From IMG/VR virus record IMGVR_UViG_3300047157_000186: a DNA stretch of 64,000 nucleotides; one strand, given 5' to 3'. The translations under genes and the position numbers were made by a program. The stretch's first letter is position 1, and every line of letters starts with the position of its first letter. The notes below the pieces were generated by a model. It worked only from the letters and a program-made list of their open reading frames with translations. It was not told the DNA's origin and did not search any database. Below are positions 56,508 through 64,000 of the stretch, one piece after another. The stretch comes from a virus (lineage: Duplodnaviria; Caudoviricetes).

Positions 56508-57834
56508 AAAAACATTTAAACAATTTAATTTAGAATCAATCAATGAAGGTCAATTCTCATGGATTACTTATGATACTGATGTACAAATAGGTTCTGAAAG
56601 AGAAAACACTATTGATGTATACATGTTTGATAACGAAGGTAATCAATGGCATGAAAAGAAATATGAAGGTTATGGCGTATTTGGTAACATGGACTATTAT
56701 GAGTTATTAGCCAAAATGAATGGTTATACAGAAGAAGACTTAGAAAATAAAGCAGTACTTAAAGCTATTAGAGCAATGGGTAAAGCAGAAATGAGAGATA
56801 TTGGTATTACTTTAGCTTTCGAACCTAAGAAATTAAAAACTAAAGCAAAAGGTAATAAAGTCCTATTCCCTGCATTAGTTGAAAATCCAAAGTTTCCATG
56901 GAAAAGACATGACTTTACTGAAGAAGCAGAAACTGATCCAAATCAATCATGGTATCAAGAACCTGAGTATGATGATTATGAAGATGATGACGATTACGAA
57001 CAAGGTTGGTATGAATCTAATAATTTATTTCCTACATTTGATGATTATACAAATATCAACGAAAATAAATTTGACGGTATTGCAGATTTAGTAAAATCTT
57101 TACATTTCGAAATCGATCCTAAAACTGCTGAAGAAAAAAAGATTGAAATAGGTTACAGACAAGGAGAAGTTACAAAGCGTAAACAAATCGAAGGTGGTGA
57201 ATATTCTTTAAAAAGATTTAGAAAAGAAGTTAAATATGGTGATGGAACTTATTTAGGTGTATTTATACCTGGTTCTTATGATGCTGCAGTCTCTTCATTA
57301 GGAGATGGACCACATGCAAAAAAGGTTAAGAAAGTAAATTGGAACCAAAGAAAATATGACAAATGGATTTCTGATTTAGCATATGATAATGACGGTGGTG
57401 GACAAGATTCAAGTTATGGTTTTGAAATGGCACAAAATGCTAAATTTGAGCCAGGACTTATTGCTTTTGTTAAAAGAAGTAATAGAGGTGAAGATCCATT
57501 ACAAAGAATTCAATGGGACATTGAAGCTGCAATGGAATCAGTAGTCATTAATGTTAATGAAGCTAAAGTAAGTTTAGAAAAACTAAAAGAATTTGTATCT
57601 AAGCATTTGAGATTCGTAAGTACTTCAGATGAATTTGATGGAACAGAAGGCGGATTATGGGCTTCTGCTGAAGATGCTGATATGTATAAAGGAAGAAGAA
57701 TTTACGATTATTACTCTGAAGATCACAAAAATTACACATTCGGTGTACTCAATTCATGGGAAAAAGAACTAAACAAAAGAGGATATTATAGTGAATATTA
57801 TGACGCAGGTACAGTGATGATCTGGGAAGAATAA
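56497..57834 (+). CDS. multi-module protein with CTS-like leader
   Basis: MKIKKTFKQFNLESINE; internal INE and VNE junctions. Confidence 0.65.
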   Translation: MKIKKTFKQFNLESINEGQFSWITYDTDVQIGSERENTIDVYMFDNEGNQWHEKKYEGYGVFGNMDYYELLAKMNGYTEEDLENKAVLKAIRAMGKAEMRDIGITLAFEPKKLKTKAKGNKVLFPALVENPKFPWKRHDFTEEAETDPNQSWYQEPEYDDYEDDDDYEQGWYESNNLFPTFDDYTNINENKFDGIADLVKSLHFEIDPKTAEEKKIEIGYRQGEVTKRKQIEGGEYSLKRFRKEVKYGDGTYLGVFIPGSYDAAVSSLGDGPHAKKVKKVNWNQRKYDKWISDLAYDNDGGGQDSSYGFEMAQNAKFEPGLIAFVKRSNRGEDPLQRIQWDIEAAMESVVINVNEAKVSLEKLKEFVSKHLRFVSTSDEFDGTEGGLWASAEDADMYKGRRIYDYYSEDHKNYTFGVLNSWEKELNKRGYYSEYYDAGTVMIWEE

Positions 57835-57858
57835 TATTTTAGTAAAATTATTTAATCT

Positions 57859-57893
57859 AAAAAGAGGTACTTTTAAAGGTACCTCTTTTTTTT
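57859..57893 (+). terminator. intrinsic (bidirectional-type) terminator
   Basis: AAAAAGAGGTAC-N8-GTACCTCTTTTT plus TTT. Confidence 0.85.
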
Positions 57894-57927
57894 ATGATAT
57901 ATAGATTATAAATCACAGTTAACTATT

Positions 57928-58668
57928 ATGAAGAAAATAAAATTATTTGAACAATTTATTGATGAAGGTGTTCATGATCAAGGAATTCTTAAGGCATTCT
58001 TTATGGCAGGTGGACCAGGTTCTGGTAAATCATATGTTGCTACAGAACTTTTTAATTTTCCAAAAGGAGTAGTAAGTTCGGTGTCATATGCAACAGGATT
58101 GAAACTAGTCAATAATGATAATGCGTTTGAAGCAGGATTAAAAAAAGCAGGTTATAGCCCTGCTGATTTATCTAAATTAGCCAAAGATCCAGAAGAATGG
58201 GAAAAAGTAATGGTAATCAGAGATAAAGCTAAAGGACTTACTAAAAGAATGCAAAATAATTACTTAGGCGGAAAATTAGGTCAAGTAATTGACGGTACTG
58301 GTAAAAACTTTGATAAAATAAAAGGACATAGAAATTTATATCGTGATATGGGATATGATTGTTATATGGTATTTGTAAATACATCATTAGATATTGCATT
58401 AGAGAGAAACAGAATGAGAGAACGTAAACTTGAAGACAAGATGGTTGAAAAGATGTGGAAAGAGGTTCAAGATAACTTAGGTAAATTTCAAAAATTATTC
58501 GGAGCAGGTAATATGTTAATTGTAGATAATTCTGAATATGGAGGTGATATTTTAGCTCAAATAGAAAAACAAATTGCTAAACAAATTTCTAAACCAATTA
58601 AAAATCCACTAGGAAAACTTTGGATTAAAGGACAATTAGAAAATAAAGATAAAAATAAACCATTCTAA
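57928..58668 (+). CDS. P-loop kinase (Pnk/zeta-toxin/AAA_33-like) with CTS-like leader
   Basis: GGPGSGKS, VIDGT, ALERNRMRER lid; N-terminus MKKIKLFEQFIDE. Confidence 0.78.
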   Translation: MKKIKLFEQFIDEGVHDQGILKAFFMAGGPGSGKSYVATELFNFPKGVVSSVSYATGLKLVNNDNAFEAGLKKAGYSPADLSKLAKDPEEWEKVMVIRDKAKGLTKRMQNNYLGGKLGQVIDGTGKNFDKIKGHRNLYRDMGYDCYMVFVNTSLDIALERNRMRERKLEDKMVEKMWKEVQDNLGKFQKLFGAGNMLIVDNSEYGGDILAQIEKQIAKQISKPIKNPLGKLWIKGQLENKDKNKPF

Positions 58669-58669
58669 T

Positions 58670-59056
58670 ATGGCAAACGATAAATCAAACAGCGAATTAG
58701 TAAGAGAATTATTAGAAGCATTTACAAGTCTTAAGGCTAAAATGGAAGATCCTAATTATGTTCAATTGGAAGCTTCAATCAAACAAGTGATTGATAACCA
58801 AAGCGACATGAAAGAGGATGTATCAGAACTTAAGAAAAGGCTCCTTAATCCATATGACGGTGCAATTGTTGAAATTTCTAAAAATACACAATGGAGAAAA
58901 CAACAAGAAAAAGACGAAAGAGATTACGAAAGATTAGTTGATCAACACAAAGATCTAGTAAAATGGAAGTCTACTTTTACAAAAGTATTTTGGACACTAT
59001 TTACCACAACAGTTGGTGTAATAGCTTATATGATAACAAATTTAACTAGCCAATAA
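58670..59056 (+). CDS. coiled-coil protein with C-terminal TM
   Basis: Heptad region then VFWTLFTTTVGVIAYMI. Confidence 0.6.
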   Translation: MANDKSNSELVRELLEAFTSLKAKMEDPNYVQLEASIKQVIDNQSDMKEDVSELKKRLLNPYDGAIVEISKNTQWRKQQEKDERDYERLVDQHKDLVKWKSTFTKVFWTLFTTTVGVIAYMITNLTSQ

Positions 59057-59610
59057 TGATATTTGACAGAATTTCTTTAGTTAGTGCATATAGAGCACTT
59101 AGATTCGTAAATGATAATGACGGAACAGTTTCTGACATATTATTTAACAGAGATGCTTTTTATGGTACTAAAACTAATTTAAGATATAAAACTTTAGCAG
59201 ATCTTAAGAGACATATAGATGAAGATCTTGCATATTATCATTTTAATCCAGAATGTGATTGTGGAACTAATCAAGAAAGCATTCAAAGATTATTATCTTT
59301 TCAAATTAGAAAAAAAGATTTAAAAACACAGAAAGAAGCTAAATATGCTATATTTGTAAATAATATGCGTAAGATATTTGAATCTGGCCAAAAAGCTGAA
59401 TTAAATCAACTAAGTATTAAAAAAATTCAAGAAGTATTTACAGGAAATAAAAGATTAGAATTTCTTAAAGAAAACTATGAGTGTGAAGCATATATTCAAA
59501 AACAAGGTAATTATGTTAACCCATGTGACTATACAGAGATAGTTTCTAATGATTTTTACACAGAATTAATAACTAAACATTACTATCTAACTCAAAACTA
59601 CGATATTTAA
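59056..59610 (+). CDS. hypothetical protein
   Basis: 184 aa ORF. Confidence 0.65.
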   Translation: MIFDRISLVSAYRALRFVNDNDGTVSDILFNRDAFYGTKTNLRYKTLADLKRHIDEDLAYYHFNPECDCGTNQESIQRLLSFQIRKKDLKTQKEAKYAIFVNNMRKIFESGQKAELNQLSIKKIQEVFTGNKRLEFLKENYECEAYIQKQGNYVNPCDYTEIVSNDFYTELITKHYYLTQNYDI

Positions 59611-59659
59611 TTCGAGAAGATTAAAAAATTGAATATATAAAAAAAAGAAAAGTGTTAAC

Positions 59660-60886
59660 ATGCATAGCGGCAACATAGAAAATTACAATTTTATACACGG
59701 TCTTCATAGAAATTTAATTAATGGGAAATGGTTTCCATTACATCCACATACATTAGGTAGAGCACTCACACATGATGAGATGGATTATAATTTACTTTAT
59801 AATCAACAAACAGTTGCAGGGTGGAGAATCTTTGGACTTAACGAAGATCTTTCATTAAGTGATGATGAGATAGGAAAATCATTAATTTTTCACAAGATTA
59901 AAATTACAGATACTGATTATGACAGATATGTAGCTGCAGGTTATAGTGCAGGTCATTATATATGGATAACTCCTATATATGATTGTTCAGAGTTTTATGT
60001 AAGTGGTACAAGTAATACAAACTCTACAGTAAGAGACTGTAGTGCATTTATAATTACTTTATCAGAAACTAGCCCTAGTATTGATAGTTGTGATATATTT
60101 GGTGTAAATAGCACAGGAACATCGAATTCAAACACTGATGCGCCAAGTTCAGGTTCAGGTGGAGGTTCAGGACCATCTCCAACTACACCACCAAATAGTG
60201 GCTCAGGCTCAGGTTCAGGTTCAGGCGGAGGTTCAGGTCCAACTCCAACGGCAACACCAAATAGTGGCTCAGGATCAGGTTCAGGATCAGGTTCAGGATC
60301 AGGTTCAGGATCAGGTTCAGGATCAGGTTCAGGTGGAGGTTCAGGTCCAACTCCAACGGCAACACCAGTTCCAACTTCGGTTCCAACGGCAACACCAGTT
60401 CCAACTTCGGTTCCAACTGCAACGCCAGTTCCGACTGCAATACCAACTGCAACACCGTCTCCAGTAGCTTCAAGAATATATTATTTCCACTTAGGAACTA
60501 ATCAATATCCATGGGGAAGAGATTTAATTAACGATCAATTATTTAAAGCTGATGATTCAATTGCAGCTAATTATAGTGAATCATTTGAAGATATGTTAGC
60601 TAATCCTGCATCATATGAAACTGTTGGTGAATTGGCAGAATTAGTTGACGGAACAACTTTTACAATGCCAGCAAGTATTACAGCAAACTTCTACTGGATA
60701 GCTATTCCTATATCAGCAGGAATTCCTGATTTAACGGTTAATCCTAAAATAGAAATCAGTGGAGCACCAGCAGATATATGTTCAGATAAATTAAACTTCG
60801 TTAGAGACAATGGAGAAGAATATACATTATATAAATTAAATACAGTGCCAACTGCGGGATCAGTTGACATAAAATATGTAAATTAA
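59660..60886 (+). CDS. probable virion structural protein with GS- and PT-rich linker
   Basis: GRALTHDEMDYN motif; (SG)n and (PTATPVPTSV)n linker. Confidence 0.6.
   Translation: MHSGNIENYNFIHGLHRNLINGKWFPLHPHTLGRALTHDEMDYNLLYNQQTVAGWRIFGLNEDLSLSDDEIGKSLIFHKIKITDTDYDRYVAAGYSAGHYIWITPIYDCSEFYVSGTSNTNSTVRDCSAFIITLSETSPSIDSCDIFGVNSTGTSNSNTDAPSSGSGGGSGPSPTTPPNSGSGSGSGSGGGSGPTPTATPNSGSGSGSGSGSGSGSGSGSGSGSGGGSGPTPTATPVPTSVPTATPVPTSVPTATPVPTAIPTATPSPVASRIYYFHLGTNQYPWGRDLINDQLFKADDSIAANYSESFEDMLANPASYETVGELAELVDGTTFTMPASITANFYWIAIPISAGIPDLTVNPKIEISGAPADICSDKLNFVRDNGEEYTLYKLNTVPTAGSVDIKYVN
60269..60463 (+). repeat. coding tandem repeats: 5x TCAGGATCAGGT, then ~3.5x 30-bp PTATPVPTSV unit
   Basis: 12-mer at 60269-60328; 30-mer at 60353-60412 (exact pair), degenerate to 60463. 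Confidence 0.9.
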
Positions 60887-60903
60887 AAATAGTTAATACA
60901 AGC

Positions 60904-63900
60904 ATGAGCCTATTACCACAAGGAATATCTAGATCGGGTTTTTTCTCACCAGCAGAAACTACTGATGGAATTTTACATTCTATTACATTAAAGGGTGGAT
61001 ATCAAGAAATGTTAACCAAGGAAGATAGAAATAATATTAAATCATTCTTAAATATAACCGGTGCCGTTTATGATGGATTTACACAATCTAATGATGTGTG
61101 GTCAACTGGTAGAAGAAGAGTAGGAATGATGATATATGTCGTTGAAGATAGAAAATTATACAACTTAATTCCTATTGGTTTCTTTGGAAATGAAGGTGAT
61201 TTAGGAAAAGAAGAATGGTTGGCATTACCAGAATGGGAAAGAGCATTAAGAATGGATCCTTCTGGAGCATTCACTTCAGAGTCTGCAAGTCCTTTAAATG
61301 GATTTACCGCTGTGATAAAAACAGCAGCTGATTTAGGAATTGCTCCGGATGCTAATTCTTCTTGGGTTGAATTGCCAGTAGGTGTTAATGGTTTAGATGG
61401 TTCACCAGGAGTAGATGGTCTTAATTCATATATACATATAGCATACGCAAATGATATAAATGGTTCTGGTTTTTCTAAAACAGAATCTAACGATAAATTG
61501 TATATCGGCCAATACACTGATTTTAATCCTAATGGATCTTTAGATCATACTAAATATACATGGTCACAGATAAAGGGTGAAAAAGGTGACACAGGTGATT
61601 CAGGTTTAGATGGTTTACAAGGTAATGATGGTGCTGATGGAATTCAAGGTCCAAAAGGTGATGATGGATTACCAACTTATTTTCATATAGCTTATGCTAA
61701 TGATTCATCAGGTGGAGGTTTTAGTCAAGATGCTGCCGGAAAAGAGTATATAGGTACTTATGTCGATGGTATAGAAGATGATGCTTTACCAAATTCATCT
61801 TTATGGAAATGGGCATTGATTAAAGGTATCGATGGAGCAGATGGCGAAAACGGTATACCAGGAATAGATGGTGAAAATGGACAAACTTCATACTTACACT
61901 TAGCATATGCAAACGATTCAAACGGCCAGAGCGGTTTTAGTGTAACTGATTCAGATAATAAATTATACATTGGACAATATACTGATTTTAATTTAGCAGA
62001 TTCTACAGATCCAAATGTATATTTATGGACAAAAATCAAGGGTGATAAAGGTGATAAAGGTGATCAAGGTCTTGCCGGTTTACAAGGTGATAAAGGTGAA
62101 GATGGTATTCCAGGTCCTAAAGGTCTTGATGGTGTACAAACTTATTTCCATATAGGTTACGCTGATGATGCATCAGGTGGAGGATTTAGCCAACAAGCTG
62201 CCGGAAAAGATTATATAGGTACTTATGTTGATGATGTGTCTGACGATGCAGGTTTCAATTCTCCATTATGGAAATGGCAATTAGTTAAAGGTGTAGACGG
62301 AGTAGATGGTGAAAACGGTATACCAGGAATAGATGGTGAAAATGGACAAACTACATACTTACACATAGCTTATGCTAATAATACAACAGGTTTAGACTTT
62401 GATATTAGCGATTCTGCAGGTAAAGATTATATTGGTCAATATACTGATTATGTTCTAGAAGATTCAAACAACCATACAAACTATACATGGTCATTAATTA
62501 AAGGAGCTGACGGTCAGGATGGTGCTGATGGATATATTCCTGTTAAGGGCGTAGATTATTTTGATGGTGTAGATGGTCAAGATGGTGCTGATGGAGATAG
62601 TGCATATAATGCATGGTTAGCCTCTGGAAATACAGGAACTACTACTGATTTCCTTAATTCATTAGTTGGACAAGATGGTGCCGATGGTGCTGATGGTATT
62701 AGAGGTGCAGATGGAGTAAACGGTGAACCAACATATACTTGGATTAGATATGCTGATTCTGGAGATGGTTCTACTGGCTTTAGTAATTCACCTACAAATA
62801 AAAAATATATTGGTTTTGCTTTTAACAAAACAACAAGTACAGAATCTAACAACCATTCTGATTATACATGGTCATTAATTAAGGGTGATCAAGGTGAAAA
62901 AGGTGATCAAGGTGAAAAAGGTAGTAATGGTGCACAAGGTTTACAAGGAATTCAAGGAGCAGGTGGAGCTCAGGGTATTGCTGGACCAACTGGTGGAAAA
63001 GGTGATGCCGGACCAAGAGGTTTAGAAGGTCTTAAAGGTGAAACTGGTGGTAAAGGTGATGCTGGAATAAGTTCATATTTCCATATAGCGTATGCTGATA
63101 ATGAAAATGGTGGTGGATTTAGCCAATCACCTGCTGGAAAAGATTATATAGGAACTTATGTTGACTATGATCCAAATGATGCTGGAGCTGGAGATTCAAA
63201 ATGGAAATGGGCACTAGTTAAAGGTGCAAATGGTGCAAATGGTGCAGATGGTATTGCAGGAACAAACGGTCAAAATGGTCTAACTTCATATTTACACATA
63301 GCTTATGCTAACAGTTCAAATGGAGCTTCAAATTTTAGTGTAGACGATTCTACAAATAGAGATTATATCGGTCAATATACTGATCAAACACTAGAAGATT
63401 CAAACGACCATACAAAATATACATGGTCACTTATAAAGGGTGCAACAGGTGCTCAAGGTAGTGCAGGTGCTAAAGGTGATGCTGGACCAAAAGGTGATAA
63501 AGGAGCAACTGGTCCTGCCCCAGATACTAGTCAATATTTAACTACATCTACTACTATTGATGGTAGTAAAATAACTACAGGTGTCCTAAAAAGTGGAGAC
63601 TTCAATTTAGCGGGTGCTGATTGGACAACATATTCGCCTAACGGAATGGCCATTAATTTAGATAATGATGCTATCAACGCTCCAACTTTTTATATCTCAC
63701 CTGCTGGTGATGCTAAATTTAAAGGTGATATTGATATTGCAGGTGATGCAAAGATTGGTGGAGTTTTAGCTAGTGGATTCTTTCAAACCAAAGTTGTAGA
63801 TGGTGTATCTAAACTTGCATTGTACGAGGATGTTATTATTGGTGAAGAAACATTTTCAAAATATAAAGAAGATGCAAGAACCGATAGTGAACTAAGTGAA

Positions 63901-64000
63901 GAAACCGATGAAGGCCGTGGAGGCCAATTGGCGACACTTTCTCACGCATACGTTAAAAGAAATGATGTTTCTATCGAAAGTGGAGATTTAGTTAAATTAG
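60904..64000 (+). CDS. collagen-like tail fibre / receptor-binding protein, 3'-truncated
   Basis: Open frame 1 from ATG 60904 to the window end (absent from the ORF track); Gly-X-Y tracts alternate with 8 YxHIAYA(N/D)...YIG.Y.D...W..(I/V)KG repeats. Confidence 0.85.
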   Translation, partial: MSLLPQGISRSGFFSPAETTDGILHSITLKGGYQEMLTKEDRNNIKSFLNITGAVYDGFTQSNDVWSTGRRRVGMMIYVVEDRKLYNLIPIGFFGNEGDLGKEEWLALPEWERALRMDPSGAFTSESASPLNGFTAVIKTAADLGIAPDANSSWVELPVGVNGLDGSPGVDGLNSYIHIAYANDINGSGFSKTESNDKLYIGQYTDFNPNGSLDHTKYTWSQIKGEKGDTGDSGLDGLQGNDGADGIQGPKGDDGLPTYFHIAYANDSSGGGFSQDAAGKEYIGTYVDGIEDDALPNSSLWKWALIKGIDGADGENGIPGIDGENGQTSYLHLAYANDSNGQSGFSVTDSDNKLYIGQYTDFNLADSTDPNVYLWTKIKGDKGDKGDQGLAGLQGDKGEDGIPGPKGLDGVQTYFHIGYADDASGGGFSQQAAGKDYIGTYVDDVSDDAGFNSPLWKWQLVKGVDGVDGENGIPGIDGENGQTTYLHIAYANNTTGLDFDISDSAGKDYIGQYTDYVLEDSNNHTNYTWSLIKGADGQDGADGYIPVKGVDYFDGVDGQDGADGDSAYNAWLASGNTGTTTDFLNSLVGQDGADGADGIRGADGVNGEPTYTWIRYADSGDGSTGFSNSPTNKKYIGFAFNKTTSTESNNHSDYTWSLIKGDQGEKGDQGEKGSNGAQGLQGIQGAGGAQGIAGPTGGKGDAGPRGLEGLKGETGGKGDAGISSYFHIAYADNENGGGFSQSPAGKDYIGTYVDYDPNDAGAGDSKWKWALVKGANGANGADGIAGTNGQNGLTSYLHIAYANSSNGASNFSVDDSTNRDYIGQYTDQTLEDSNDHTKYTWSLIKGATGAQGSAGAKGDAGPKGDKGATGPAPDTSQYLTTSTTIDGSKITTGVLKSGDFNLAGADWTTYSPNGMAINLDNDAINAPTFYISPAGDAKFKGDIDIAGDAKIGGVLASGFFQTKVVDGVSKLALYEDVIIGEETFSKYKEDARTDSELSEETDEGRGGQLATLSHAYVKRNDVSIESGDLVKL

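Noticed and set aside
60269-60463. Non-coding satellite or CRISPR
   Set aside because: Repeats are in-frame coding (SG and PTATPVPTSV); the overlapping QVQV/LNLIL ORFs are shadows
61068-62852. Minus-strand ORFs (149, 93 and 91 aa)
   Set aside because: Shadows of the + strand collagen-like gene

Overview
AT-rich (roughly 30% GC by eye), gene-dense window, almost all on the + strand, that reads as part of a large lytic (jumbo, T4-like) phage of Bacteroidota/Flavobacteriia. The host inference rests on T9SS C-terminal domains, a Bacteroidota-type Hc1 histone-like protein and TAnnTTTG-like promoters. Recognisable content: ECF-type sigma factor; a tRNA cluster (Leu, Arg, Glu, Lys, Thr, Gly, Asp, plus a distal Ala) interrupted by an HNH endonuclease; DNA ligase, Nei/Fpg glycosylase, PD-(D/E)XK exonuclease and a CCA-adding enzyme; many glyco-enzymes (GT25, GT32, a GT9-GT4-Aah/TibC-like fusion, epimerase, nucleotidyltransferase, KdsA); three peptidoglycan enzymes; a PA14/cohesin/dockerin/T9SS/CsgG surface-protein island; and a collagen-like fibre gene running off the 3' end. 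The most striking unexplained signals are: (i) several structured non-coding RNAs (a ~400-nt multi-hairpin RNA at 18283-18681, a ~255-nt RNA with a tRNA-like 3' domain at 6391-6645, a 6S-like rod at 2951-3071, and a D-armless UAU tRNA-like gene); (ii) a family of proteins with an MKxxKxFExFxNE leader resembling the T4 capsid-targeting sequence, including a P-loop kinase, a HAD phosphatase and the CCA enzyme, possibly a virion-packaged RNA-repair kit; (iii) three classes of repeated promoter motifs; (iv) a mini-gene cassette array joined by a 20-bp repeat; and (v) several systematically inactivated pseudo-enzymes. All calls are by eye; no database searches or folding programs were run.
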